From assembly GCA_963664015.2 (NCBI GenBank), contig CAXXLF010000002.1:352001-416000 (forward strand): 64,000 bases of DNA. The letters run 5' to 3'. The number at the start of each line of letters is the position of its first letter. Position 1 is the first letter of the stretch. Below the pieces are notes generated by a model, which saw only the letters and a list, made by a program, of their open reading frames with translations, was not told where the DNA came from and did not search any database. Position numbers and translations under genes: made by a program. Shown one piece after another: positions 40,295 through 50,571 of this stretch. The DNA is from Candidatus Binatia bacterium (GTDB lineage: Bacteria; Desulfobacterota; Binatia; UBA9968; CAXXLF01).

Positions 40295-40969
40295 ATGCTT
40301 TACCCGGGTTTGATACTACTGATCGCCATCCTCGGCTCGCTGATCCTGCTGCCGTTTTTCTTTACCCAGCTGATGATCACGGCCCTTGGCAAGCTAGAGT
40401 TGAGCCCCGAGATGGCCCTCCGTGTCCTCCTGGGGATTCTACTAGGGGAGCAATCAACATCCCGATCAAGCGCATCCCAAGGGAAAGTCAGTACGTCGTC
40501 AACTACGTCGACCTGTTCGGTCTTGGTCAGCTCTTCCCGCGTTTGCAAGTGGTACGCGGCTACACCACTCTGGCGGTTAATGTCGGCGGCTGCCTGATCC
40601 CTTGCGTTATCGCAGTGTCCCAATGCTTTCGGGTCTTTGACGAGAGGTTCGCCCCAACCCTGATCATGCTCATCATTACGATCGTCAACATAGGTCTGTC
40701 GTACCGGCTGGCGCGCCCCATTCCGGGGGTGGGTATCGGACTTCCTACACTTATCCACCGCTGGTCGCCGCGGTGCCGAGAATCATTCTGTTCCCCAACT
40801 TTGCCCCTCCAATCGCCTTCGTTGCCGGTGTACTGGGTCCACTCATCAGCGCCGACCTTTTCCATTTACGCGATGTTCGAAACCTTTCCACCGGTATGGG
40901 CAGCATTGGCGGGCTGGGACCTTAGATCGTATCGTCCTGTCCGGCCTGATGGCGGCCTTTCTGGCGTGA
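40295..40969 (+). pseudogene. DUF1614 membrane protein with about three frameshifts
   Basis: INIPI, LAVNVGG.LIP, RPIPGVGI, SIGG.GT.D.IVLSG found across frames. Confidence 0.8.
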
Positions 40970-40987
40970 GTTAGAGGAGTCCTTATA

Positions 40988-42238
40988 ATGAGCCTTTTTG
41001 ATCTTGTAGCCATTCTGCTGACACTTGCAGCGTTACTGAGCTTTCTGAACGAGCGCTATCTGCACCTGCCCTCCACCATCGGGCTAATGCTGATCTCTCT
41101 TCTGCTCTCCCTCGGGCTTATTGTCACCGCCTTGCTTGGATGGGAAGTGGAATCCCAGGCCGAAGCAATCCTCACCAGGGTCAACTTCAGCGATCTCCTG
41201 CTCCACGGCATGTTGGCCTTTCTCCTGTTTGCAGGGGCATTGCACGTCAACCTGGACGACCTGCTCGAACAAAAGTGGATTATCAGCTCTCTGGCTACGG
41301 TCGGTGTGCTGACCTCGACCTTCCTGGTCGGTATCCTGACCTGGTTTTCTTTCGGCGCCCTCGGCCTGCACATCCCCCTTCTCTACTGTTTAGTCTTCGG
41401 TGCCCTCATTTCGCCCACGGATCCCATTGCGGTCCTGGGCATCCTCAAGAGCAGCAATGCCCCCAAGAGTCTCGAAACCAAAATCACCGGTGAGTCGCTT
41501 TTCAACGACGGTGTCGGAGTTGTCCTGTTCCTCGTTCTCTTGGGTATCGTGAAAAGTGGGCATGCCCAAAAACCCATTGATATCGTGCTGTTTTTCCTGC
41601 AGGAGGCCGTGGGTGGAGCATTGTTCGGCCTTGCCGCGGGATTCCTGGTCTATTGGATGCTTAAACGCGTCAATCACTATCCGGTGGAGATCCTGCTGAC
41701 ACTGGCGCTGGTCACCGGTGGTTATGCCCTCGCCGAGAAGCTCCACATCTCGGCACCCATTGCGATGGTCGTGGCGGGACTCTTGATCGGGAACCACGGG
41801 CGGGCCCTGGCCATGTCCGAAAAAACGTGCGAACACCTGGATTCATTCTGGGAGCTGCTGGATGAAGTCCTGAACGCGGTACTGTTTGTGCTGATTGGTT
41901 TGGAAATCCTGGTGCTTTCTTTTCAGATCACCTATCTCGTTGCGGGCCTGGCCTCGATCCCTATCGTGCTCGTTTGCCGATGGATTAGCGTCGGTATCCC
42001 CGTTGCCGTGCTTAGCTTGCGACGCCAGTTCTCGAAAAATGTGGTGACAATTATGACCTGGAGCGGCCTGCGCGGCGGGATCTCCGTTGCTTTGGCTCTT
42101 TCGCTGCCCCCTGGGCCTGAGCGGGAGGTTATTCTGGTGGCCACGTACACCGTCGTGGTCTTCTCTATCCTGGTACAGGGCCTGACAATAGGGCGTCTCT
42201 TCCCAGAAACCGAAGCGATTAAACCTGTTACGCATTAG
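40988..42238 (+). CDS. CPA1 Na+/H+ antiporter (NhaP-like)
   Basis: LLFAGALH, SPTDPIAV, GESLFNDG, W.GLRGG, VQGLT. Confidence 0.93.
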   Translation: MSLFDLVAILLTLAALLSFLNERYLHLPSTIGLMLISLLLSLGLIVTALLGWEVESQAEAILTRVNFSDLLLHGMLAFLLFAGALHVNLDDLLEQKWIISSLATVGVLTSTFLVGILTWFSFGALGLHIPLLYCLVFGALISPTDPIAVLGILKSSNAPKSLETKITGESLFNDGVGVVLFLVLLGIVKSGHAQKPIDIVLFFLQEAVGGALFGLAAGFLVYWMLKRVNHYPVEILLTLALVTGGYALAEKLHISAPIAMVVAGLLIGNHGRALAMSEKTCEHLDSFWELLDEVLNAVLFVLIGLEILVLSFQITYLVAGLASIPIVLVCRWISVGIPVAVLSLRRQFSKNVVTIMTWSGLRGGISVALALSLPPGPEREVILVATYTVVVFSILVQGLTIGRLFPETEAIKPVTH

Positions 42239-42280
42239 GCCAACCGGCCCGGGAGGGCATTGGATCTTCGGGTAGGCGCA

Positions 42281-42312
42281 AAAGAAAGGGGCGGCATAAA
42301 GCCGCCCCTTTC
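42281..42312 (-). terminator. Rho-independent terminator between convergent genes
   Basis: Perfect 12-bp stem GAAAGGGGCGGC/GCCGCCCCTTTC, 5-nt loop, T-tract on the minus strand. Confidence 0.8.
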
Positions 42313-42345
42313 AGATCGCGAAGAAGAAGGAAGAAGAAGGCTAAA

Positions 42346-42648
42346 CTACTTCCTGATGGCGATCTTACTCGCAGTCTTGCGCTCCTCGTTCTCGTCGAAA
42401 GTCACGTTAACTCGCTGCCCTTCCGCGAGCTCGGAACGATCGCTGGCACCCTCTAAAGGGGAACCACGGCCGCTGACCCGGACATTCACTTCCTTACCGT
42501 CTCTCTTCCGGAGCGTGATGGATCTCCCATCATTCTCAACCTTTGCGATTCTGCCCCGAAAGTCTTCCGCCAGGACCGAACCGACCAGGGACAGTGTAAA
42601 CAACCCCAGCGCAAACAAACTTGATAGCTTTTTAACCATTGTTTTCAC
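42346..42648 (-). CDS. Small secreted OB-fold-like protein
   Basis: Signal peptide ending VLA; L.EGQRV.V.F pattern. Confidence 0.65.
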   Translation of the reverse strand: MKTMVKKLSSLFALGLFTLSLVGSVLAEDFRGRIAKVENDGRSITLRKRDGKEVNVRVSGRGSPLEGASDRSELAEGQRVNVTFDENEERKTASKIAIRK

Positions 42649-42878
42649 TCCCCCTTTCCGCTTAAATTAGTATCGGAGGCTTTACTACGTCCCCAGAACG
42701 ATGTCAAGCAGGAGGGATAGAAACCGGAAGGTGACTGACTCATAATATCTTATGTAGATTATTGAGATAGTGCATATATATCTAGTTCTAATAATGAAAA
42801 ATGAATATTAATTTAGTCAAATTTTGCCACCCCACCTAGGCTACACATGCTGAAGAGCCACGGCTGAAGCTAAATTCT

Positions 42879-43997
42879 ATGATAGCTGACCATGCCGAGA
42901 CCGTAGGCAGTCTTCTGCGCCCTGATTGGTTGCTAAACGACCGCAAGGACCTGTCTGCGGGTATTATCAACGAAGGTAGGCAGGCTAGATTCAAGGAAAT
43001 TGAGAATCGCGCGGTCGATGAGGCCATCCGGCTCCAGGAAACGGCGGGACTGGCGATTGTTACCGACGGCGAGATGCGCCGATTGTCCTTCCAGGGTCAG
43101 ATGGTGGAGGCCGTGAACGGATTTGGCGAGTATGATATCGACGCTTTCCTGTGGGGGGAATGGCAAGGTGATAGAGATGTCGGCCACTGGAACCTGGAGC
43201 GTCCCCACACACTGGGAGTCGTCAATAAGTTGGCTCCCAAACGCTACCTATCCGTCGACGAGTTCACCTATTTGCGCGACCGAACTACACGAATACCCAA
43301 GATTACACTGCCAAGCCCGAGCCTCTTTGCCAACTTCTGGTCCGAGGAGCGCTCCAGGAATATCTACCCGACACTGGATTCTTTCCTGGCCGATATCGTC
43401 CGTATCCTCCAAAGCGAGGTCGCCGAGCTCACTCGCGTTGGGGCCACCTATATTCAGCTGGATGCGCCCCACTATTGCCAGCTCCTAAATCCCAGGACCC
43501 GGACCTTCTACGAGTCTCGAGGCTGGAGCATGGACCGATGGTTGAGGAAAGGAATCGAGCTGGACAATGCCGTAATCGACCACGCCCCATCAGTCACCTT
43601 CGGCTTTCACCTGTGACGGGGCAACCAGGGCAGCCGGTGGCTGTCCGAGGGAGGCTACGACGTAATCGCGAAAGAAGTATTTTCAGGAGTCCGGGCCCAG
43701 CGACTCTTGCTCGAATTCGATGACCCGCGTTCCGGCTCCTTCGAACCGCTGAAAGAAGTCACCGAGGAGAAAACGGTTGTCTTGGGGCTAGTTTCTACCA
43801 AACGGCATCTGCTGGAGAGCCAAACGGATCTTATCCAGCGAATCCAAGCCGCTGCCCGATTCCTACCCCTCGATCGGCTAGCTTTGAGTCCACAATGCGG
43901 CTTTGCAAGTTCGGTGATGGGTAATCGCATCTCGATCACGGATCAGTTAAAGAAGCTCCGCCGGGTTGTGGAAACGGCCCGGGCGGTCTGGGGCTAA
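42879..43997 (+). CDS. Cobalamin-independent methionine synthase II-like Zn enzyme, probable selenoprotein (UGA=Sec at 43614-43616)
   Basis: VGSLLRP, TDGEMRR, YIQLDAP, GFHL-TGA-RGN (family HxCRGN), LLEFD, LSPQCGF all in one frame; 372 aa with readthrough. Confidence 0.88.
43628..43646 (+). other. Putative bacterial SECIS hairpin
   Basis: GGGCAGCC-GGT-GGCTGTCC starts 11 nt after the UGA; apical loop begins with G. Confidence 0.75.
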
Positions 43998-44106
43998 CCC
44001 GTTGTCATCCCTCAGCTACAATGGTAAATAGCGGGGATCGACAGTCATTTTTTGATGTGATCCGCATTCGTACAATTCAAGGCACCAACACAAAGGAGGT
44101 CTCCCC

Positions 44107-44775
44107 ATGGCAAGCCAAGAATTCATCGACTCTCTGCTAAAAGACATCATTCACCCGGGGGTCGAGCGTCTTATGGAGACACGCTTTTTCTCCGAGTTGA
44201 GAGAAGGAAAACTATCCGTCAAGAGACTACAGGGATTTGCCTTGCAGCATTACCTGCACAACGAATCCATCAACAGGGGGTTCGCCCTCTGCATAGTGAA
44301 AAATGCCCATATCCCCGACCTCTATGAACACTTTGCCCATCAGTTTCTCGAAGAGTATCACCACCCCAATCTGGCCAAACGCTTTGGGCTGGGGCTGGGG
44401 CTCAAGGAGGAAGACTTTAAACAAATCACCCCGGTCTTTGAGTGCCTCGCGCATACAAGCGCAGTCCTACGGGGGATGCTACTCGGCGCTGCAGGAGAGA
44501 ACCGGACCGGTGCCCTGGTCAACGAAACCATGGTCTGCCGCTATTCTACCGAATTCAACAGTTGTCTACACAAGCACTACCATCTTTCCAGTGATGACTG
44601 CCAATTTTTCGTGGTCCACGCCGTGGCGGACATCGAACATATCAGGCTGAACGCAGAAGTCATCGCCCGTTACGTTCAGACCCCCTGGGAAGAAGAAGCG
44701 TCCGTCGCGTGCGCAAAGAATATGGTTCGCTTCAAAATCGCCAAGTTCGACGGCATCTACGAAAGCTACGCTTAG
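44107..44775 (+). CDS. Heme-oxygenase-like diiron (PqqC/TenA/CADD-like) protein
   Basis: EEYHH, NE, HAVADIEH (H-x3-D-x2-H); AAGGAGG SD. Confidence 0.8.
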   Translation: MASQEFIDSLLKDIIHPGVERLMETRFFSELREGKLSVKRLQGFALQHYLHNESINRGFALCIVKNAHIPDLYEHFAHQFLEEYHHPNLAKRFGLGLGLKEEDFKQITPVFECLAHTSAVLRGMLLGAAGENRTGALVNETMVCRYSTEFNSCLHKHYHLSSDDCQFFVVHAVADIEHIRLNAEVIARYVQTPWEEEASVACAKNMVRFKIAKFDGIYESYA

Positions 44776-45101
44776 AGAGCGTGGGGAATAGTCAATGGAG
44801 ATCGGAGATCATAAGTTAGAGATCAGACAGAGACAGGGACAGAAGTCGGAAGTCGGTTCGGATAAAGAATATTTCGCATACCCTTCGACCCATCGACAGG
44901 ATCAGGGTCCCGAGCGAAGTCGAGGGAAAGACGCAAAGGACACCAAGGTCGGAGGATGGAGGATAGAAGATCGAGGATTTGGGATTTTCAATTGAAGATT
45001 AAAGATCGAGGAGAGCGAATAGCCAAAAGTGACTCGTTACTGGTTATTTTGTACCCGATAACTCAATGAACTCAAGCAACTCAAAAGTCCCAACGAACTC
45101 A
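44776..45101. repeat. Mosaic periodic repeat element B with nested REP-like palindrome
   Basis: Contains reverse complements of segments of elements A and D; CCCTTCGAC..GTCGAGGG at 44881-44926. Confidence 0.85.
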
Positions 45102-45165
45102 GGCCGTTTCTATCCATTCACCCGTTCTGAGTCGATCGGCTACGCGTAAATCCATCGGCGGGAAT

Positions 45166-46195
45166 CTAACTCTCAGCCTGCGTGAACAGCTTGGACAAAT
45201 GATGCCAAGGAGTCGGCGACACTCGGGCTACGCCAAGGTTTTCCTCGATGTGAACGATCTGCTTCATCTCCACCAGAGCTATTGTAACCCCCGGGGCCGA
45301 GCGAACGAACTGAAGAGCGCGCTGGACATCACTGAGAGTCCCAACTTTTGCGCCGCCTCCACGGTGGTCAACATCTCCCCCTCAACGAGTGGTTCCTGAG
45401 GGGCAAGGCCTGCTCCATGCCGAGATTCAAAGGCAACTGAATGACCTTGAAATGGTGATCGTCCCCGCCGACTTTCCGCGCGATGGCAATGACATCCTCC
45501 AGGGAAAGGTAGTCTTTGGCGCCAGGGTCGTTACGGTAGCCGTTCCAGGTTGCGGTCCCGTACATACGGATATTACTCGCCGATACGGCTTCTTCCGATG
45601 CCTCAAAAGCGGTCTGGAGACGCCAATTGAATTCACTACGCGGGACCTCTGCCAGCTGGGATTCAGGATTGTGGACGTAGTAGAAGTCGATACACTGAAC
45701 CGATAGGTTTCTCAGGCTGTAGTCGAGTTGATCCAAAAGGTAAGCGGGCATCATACAGTGGCAGCCGGAAACGATGTCACCGGCTTTGACGATACCCGGC
45801 TCTATAAACATCTTTAGAAAATAGCTACGGACATCGTCCGGTGGCGCCCCATCAAAAGGGATAAAGCCCCCTTTGGTCGCCAGGACGATTTCGCTACGCG
45901 GGACACCGTTGCGGGCCAACTCCTTCAATGCAGCCCCGATGGCACGCTCGCTCCTCTGGAAGCGATAGTTGATGGCGCTATCGATGACGTTGCCACCAGA
46001 TTGGACGGTGCGAACGACAGCCTATCGATAGAGATCATCGGTATCGTCGTCGTGGCCTCCCAGGTAGGTCCCGATCCCGATGGAAGAGATCCAGAGGCCC
46101 TGCTCGTTATGGAAGTGTCCCTCGGCAACCTGATTCCTGAAGCGATCCCGGTATCCGGCGGTCCCTTCTTCCGTCGCCCAGGTCTACTGATTCAT
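45166..46195 (-). pseudogene. Aldo/keto reductase
   Basis: SSIGIGTYLG, IDSAINYR, TKGGF, YYVHNPE, IQLPLN; TAG at 46184-46186 and 46022-46024, frameshift and internal deletion near 45320. Confidence 0.88.
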
Positions 46196-46215
46196 GAGTT
46201 AGTCCAGAGGAAGGA

Positions 46216-46983
46216 TTAAAAGGAGTCCTTGAGCTCGCGAACCTGGGCAAACACGGAGACAGGTTCCATAGACAGGTTCGGAAATTGATTCTTGAGGTTT
46301 TGCTGAATCTCTTGACTATCCCAGCGGAGAAACGGGTTGGTCTCCCTCTCCTCCTTCATAGGAGAAGGGACCGTGGACAACCCTTTATCCCTGAGGGAGT
46401 TGGCCTTTTGCAATTTTTCTGTAAGATTCTTGTTATTGGGCTCAATGGAAACGGCAAATTTGAGGTTGTTCACCGTGTACTCGTGTCCGCAATGAACCAG
46501 AGTATCCGAAGGAAGTCCGCTCAATTTAGCCAAGGAATTCTGCATCTGCTCGGGTGTCCCCTCAAAGAGCCGCCCGCAACCGGCCACGAAAAGCGTGTCC
46601 CCGCAAAACACGTTTCCTGGAAACACATAAGCGATATGCCCCTTCGTATGGCCTGGAATAAAAAGGATCTCGGCTTCGAGTTCACCCACACGAACACGGT
46701 CGCCTTCGTCAAGGGGATGGGAGAGTCCGTGAATCCGGTCCTTATCGACTATACCTCCGTATACCTCGAGAGAAAATTTCTCCAGCAATCCGAGATTGCC
46801 GCCGATGTGATCCCAATGATGGTGGGTATTGAGAATGGCAACGAGGTCGACTCCCTCCTGGCAAAGCTTTTCCAACACCGGTTCGCTCTCGGACGGATCA
46901 ACCACAGCGGCCTTGTTGGTATTTTCACAAATAATAAGATAGGCGTAATTGTCTTTGAGACAGGGGACCTGTACTACTTTCAT
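46216..46983 (-). CDS. gloB: Hydroxyacylglutathione hydrolase (glyoxalase II)
   Basis: DNYAY, THHHWDHIGG, PGHT.GH, GDTLFVAGCGR, HEYT, TNPFLR. Confidence 0.96.
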   Translation of the reverse strand: MKVVQVPCLKDNYAYLIICENTNKAAVVDPSESEPVLEKLCQEGVDLVAILNTHHHWDHIGGNLGLLEKFSLEVYGGIVDKDRIHGLSHPLDEGDRVRVGELEAEILFIPGHTKGHIAYVFPGNVFCGDTLFVAGCGRLFEGTPEQMQNSLAKLSGLPSDTLVHCGHEYTVNNLKFAVSIEPNNKNLTEKLQKANSLRDKGLSTVPSPMKEERETNPFLRWDSQEIQQNLKNQFPNLSMEPVSVFAQVRELKDSF

Positions 46984-47013
46984 GCCTAAGGTTTATAGCA
47001 AAACTGACCGAAA

Positions 47014-47152
47014 AGGCTAGAAGGCTGGAGACCAGGATACCAGAGAGCCCGATGACCACTAACTAATGACCTCTCACTGCCGACCTCTGCCTCCTATCCT
47101 CGGTCCTCAATCATCAATCCTCGATCTTCTGGCCTCTATCTTCTATTTTCCA
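47014..47152. repeat. 7-nt periodic repeat element C
   Basis: GGCTAGAA GGCTGGA GACCAGG ATACCAG; TATCCTC GGTCCTC AATCATC AATCCTC GATCTTC TGGCCTC TATCTTC. Confidence 0.75.
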
Positions 47153-47188
47153 TTGACGAACACCTCCTCTTTCAAATAAAGTGCCCCC

Positions 47189-48376
47189 ATGCTTCGCGTC
47201 GGTGTCGGTCATTCGACCGCAACTTCTACGAGTCGAGCTGTTGAAGAGGCCACCGGTGCAGCCATGGCCGGCGCCGGAATTAAACAGGCCGATCTTGCCC
47301 TGGCCTTTTTCACAGCCAATCATATCGATCAGGGGAAAGAGCTCACCTCGGGCCTAAGCCGTATGGCTCAGACAGACCGGACCGTCGGCTGCAGCTCGGT
47401 GGGCATCCTGACGATTGAAGGGGAAGTCGAGAAGGGTTCAGGGCTGGCCGTTATGGTTCTGTCTTCGGACAGTTTAAAGGCCACCCCTTTTCTCTTTCAT
47501 CCTATCAGAAATCGCGAGCAGGAAGTGGGAAAAGCTATCGCGACCACTATGCGATCCGAGTCGGACGATAACTCCCATCTGATCCTGCTCCCGGATCCAT
47601 ACACCGGACGGCCGGCCTCAATCATCAACCAGGTGGAGGAAGAGTTCGGCCCAGTGCCGGTGCTGGGAGCAGGCTGTTCGGAAGATGGCAGTCACGGTAA
47701 AACCTTCCAGTTTTACGGTGACCGTATCACAGACAATGGAATTGCCGGGCTCGTTCTCAACGGTTCCTTGGAAAGCTCCATCGACATCACCCAGGGATGC
47801 CAGCCGGTAGGTCGCCCAATGGTTATTACCAAGGCACAGGGAAATTTTATCTTGGAGATCGACAACCGGCCCTCCATCGAGGTCTTCACCAGCACGATCA
47901 AAGGCCCCCTCCTCGAGGACATTCGCCGCGCTCTCTCGGTAGTCTTTATAGGGCTGCCGTCGGATCCTGAAGAGAACAATGTTGGGCCGGGCCATTATGT
48001 GGTACGGAACATTATCGGGCTGGATTCTGAGAAAGGAATTTTGGCGGTAAGCGACCAGGTTCATGAAGGCGAGTCGATGATCTTTACGCTGCGGGAAGGC
48101 CAGAGAGCCAGAGAAGACCTCGACCAGATGTTGCAACGGCAAAAAGAGAGCTTGGGAAAGAAAAAACCGGCGCTGGGCCTATACTTTAACTGTTGCGCCC
48201 GCGGGTCATCGCTCTACGGGTTGTCCGGGATCGATACGGCTTACATCCGTCGCGCCTTAGGGGACTTCCCCCTGATCGGCATGTTCGGCAATTTCGAGTT
48301 AGGCCCCGTGGGGGGGGGAAACCAGCTCCTGGCGTACACTGGGGTGCTTGCGCTCTTTACGGAACGGCAACACTGA
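47189..48376 (+). CDS. FIST N/C domain protein
   Basis: GCSS.G..EVE, TQGCQPVG, YVVRNIIG.D, FNCCARG, GMF..FE. Confidence 0.92.
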   Translation: MLRVGVGHSTATSTSRAVEEATGAAMAGAGIKQADLALAFFTANHIDQGKELTSGLSRMAQTDRTVGCSSVGILTIEGEVEKGSGLAVMVLSSDSLKATPFLFHPIRNREQEVGKAIATTMRSESDDNSHLILLPDPYTGRPASIINQVEEEFGPVPVLGAGCSEDGSHGKTFQFYGDRITDNGIAGLVLNGSLESSIDITQGCQPVGRPMVITKAQGNFILEIDNRPSIEVFTSTIKGPLLEDIRRALSVVFIGLPSDPEENNVGPGHYVVRNIIGLDSEKGILAVSDQVHEGESMIFTLREGQRAREDLDQMLQRQKESLGKKKPALGLYFNCCARGSSLYGLSGIDTAYIRRALGDFPLIGMFGNFELGPVGGGNQLLAYTGVLALFTERQH

Positions 48377-48384
48377 AACGGGGT

Positions 48385-48570
48385 CAGAGAGAGATAGAGA
48401 CAGAGCGTCAGTAAAACCTAACAAGACCCTGTATCACTAATGTTTCTTAAAACTCTACTTAAACCGTTGGTAACGAAACAATAAGAATTGGGATAGGGAG
48501 AGGGTAGTGTGGACAAAGAGAAAAAAGAATTTCTCTGTCTCAAATCTCTGTCTCCCTTCGTCTCTGTATT
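48385..48570. repeat. Low-complexity GAGACAGAG/CTCTGTCTC inverted-type repeat between convergent genes
   Basis: Purine-rich arm near 48386-48406 complementary to three CTCTGT copies near 48533-48567. Confidence 0.5.
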
Positions 48571-48571
48571 T

Positions 48572-50401
48572 TCAGTTTCGCCCTATGCGTTTGCGCTTGT
48601 TGGATAGGTAGTCGACAACGATGTAGTTGCCGATCTGGTTGGCCGAAGTGTAGAAGACCCGACCCACGTTGAGCCGGGTAAGCTGGTCTACGAAACCTCT
48701 TCGATAGAAGTCGGTGCCCAGCATGAAGGTATTGATCTTGATCCCACTCTGCGTACAACGCCGGACCTCTTTCAAGGTCTCGCGTACGATGCGTTCGTGT
48801 AGCAGCGCGGAGCCCCAGCCACTGTGAATTCGACCTCCCTGGTCGAGACTTGCCGCCGTGGGTTCGCCGTCGGTAATCAGGATGATCTGCCGGTTGGCCG
48901 CCTTCTGCGAACCTAGCATGTGACGGGCATACCGCAAAGCCTCTTTGATGTCGGTTCCATGCTCCATAAAATAGGTGATGGCCACGATAGACGGCAGGTC
49001 CTCGGGGCGGATCTCCTTGGCATTGGATCGAAAGGCCACCAGGTGCAGAACGTCTTGGGGAAACTTGGTCTCGATAAGCCGCTGCAGGGCAAGGGCGACC
49101 TTTTTCCCTGCGTGCAGGGTGTCATTCATCAGCATTGAATAGCTGACATCGATCAGGAGTACCGTCTCCGTATCGGTGGAGAATTCATGACGGTGCACGG
49201 AGAAGTCGTTTGGAGCCACCTGAATCGGGACCCCTTGGCCTCCTCCCTTTACCGCATTCATCAGGGTCTCACTGATCTTTACATTTAAAGGGTCCCCGTA
49301 ACTGTACAACTTGGTCTCTTCCAGTCGTTCGCCTTGCTGCCCCCGCTGGTGAACATTGTGGCTGCCCCAACGATTCTTGTTGAGTACTTGAAATATCTCT
49401 CTCAAAGCCTTGTCGCCGATTTTTCTCATGCCCTTGGGGCTCAGCTTCAGGCCGTCGCCTGAGCGCATCAGGTAGCCCTCCTCCACCATCATCTGCTCGA
49501 CACCCTTCAGATATTTGAGGTGTTCGTAGGCCTCTTCCCCGAGCAGCTCCCGGACCGCATCCAGGTCCAAGTGGGACAGGTCTCCCAGCCCCCGCTGTCC
49601 CCAGCGCAGGAACTGATCCAGGTTCCTCAGTTGACCCAGGATCTGGCCGGCCTCTCCCATCCCCATTTGCTGGGAGCCACGGAATGGAAACTGGTTCAAA
49701 AGCTGCTCCAGCTGTTCCATCTGGGCCAGGGACTCGCTTAATTGATTGAGTTGCTCCTGCGTCAGGGAATCCAGATTGTCCAGCAGGTTGTCCAGGTCCT
49801 CCACTGCGGCATCCAACATATTAGGCAGATTGTTGAGAAAGTTATCGTCTTCCAGAAGCTTGTTGAGGCGATCGAGCATTTGGTCTAAATCGGGCATGCC
49901 CTGGAGCCCCGAGGATCCGGGCTGCCCCGGCATCCCTCGCTTTGAGATCTGATCCCCCAGCCGGTTTTTGAGTTCCTGGTATCGTTCCTGCGCCTCGCGC
50001 ATCTTGCGAGCCATCTCATCCATGTTCTGAGCGTAACGGCCCGACATGCGCTCCATGAAATTCTTCATCTGCTCATGATAGGCTTCGAGTTTTTCTGACA
50101 GCTTGCTGAGCTTTTCGCTCAACTCTTGAGTTTGCTCGGGGGTGAGCTTGAAGGAATCGGGAGAGTACTTTTGTAGAAGTTCTTTCTTTTTTTCCTCGGC
50201 GTCCCGCAAAAAGTCCCTGAGACCCTTGACCGAACGCAACTCATCATCGGAGATGAGACCGCGCCTCATGAGATCCCTAAGACCCTTGCGCACTCCTCCC
50301 TCATCCAGAAAGCGGTCGGAGAGATGCTTCAGGAGATCCTGGGCAGTTGGAAAGACAACCTGCTGGCTTCCATCCCAATTTGTGTAGCGATGGATCCTCA
50401 C
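48572..50401 (-). CDS. VWA domain protein with long helical N-terminus
   Basis: RY..WDGSQ N-terminus, LIDVSYSM MIDAS, GT, ITDGEPT. Confidence 0.9.
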   Translation of the reverse strand: MRIHRYTNWDGSQQVVFPTAQDLLKHLSDRFLDEGGVRKGLRDLMRRGLISDDELRSVKGLRDFLRDAEEKKKELLQKYSPDSFKLTPEQTQELSEKLSKLSEKLEAYHEQMKNFMERMSGRYAQNMDEMARKMREAQERYQELKNRLGDQISKRGMPGQPGSSGLQGMPDLDQMLDRLNKLLEDDNFLNNLPNMLDAAVEDLDNLLDNLDSLTQEQLNQLSESLAQMEQLEQLLNQFPFRGSQQMGMGEAGQILGQLRNLDQFLRWGQRGLGDLSHLDLDAVRELLGEEAYEHLKYLKGVEQMMVEEGYLMRSGDGLKLSPKGMRKIGDKALREIFQVLNKNRWGSHNVHQRGQQGERLEETKLYSYGDPLNVKISETLMNAVKGGGQGVPIQVAPNDFSVHRHEFSTDTETVLLIDVSYSMLMNDTLHAGKKVALALQRLIETKFPQDVLHLVAFRSNAKEIRPEDLPSIVAITYFMEHGTDIKEALRYARHMLGSQKAANRQIILITDGEPTAASLDQGGRIHSGWGSALLHERIVRETLKEVRRCTQSGIKINTFMLGTDFYRRGFVDQLTRLNVGRVFYTSANQIGNYIVVDYLSNKRKRIGRN

Positions 50402-50571
50402 GACAACGATAAATATATCCTACATGCCTTGGTGCATGCAACCCACAAAATGCCCCCCGACCCCTGCCTCACCGGCTATCATTGAGGCCGGTGGAACCTC
50501 ATCAGCCGTGTAGTATGCCAGTAAGAATTAGGGTATATACCGGTAGGCTAAACCAGGGAAAAGGAGGACTT

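Noticed and set aside
42740-42830. AT-rich stretch upstream of the MetE-like gene as a riboswitch or origin
   Set aside because: No SAM/cobalamin riboswitch motifs or DnaA-box array recognised; likely a divergent promoter region
44776-45101. Repeat elements as CRISPR arrays, or ORF 44795-44995 as a gene
   Set aside because: No constant repeat with unique spacers and no cas genes; the ORF is translated repeat sequence
9494-46186. Several in-frame TAG codons (MFS, DUF922, ThDP, AKR) suggesting amber recoding or pyrrolysine
   Set aside because: TAG ends many intact genes at their expected C-termini (UbiD, msrB, antiporter), and most affected genes carry other lesions
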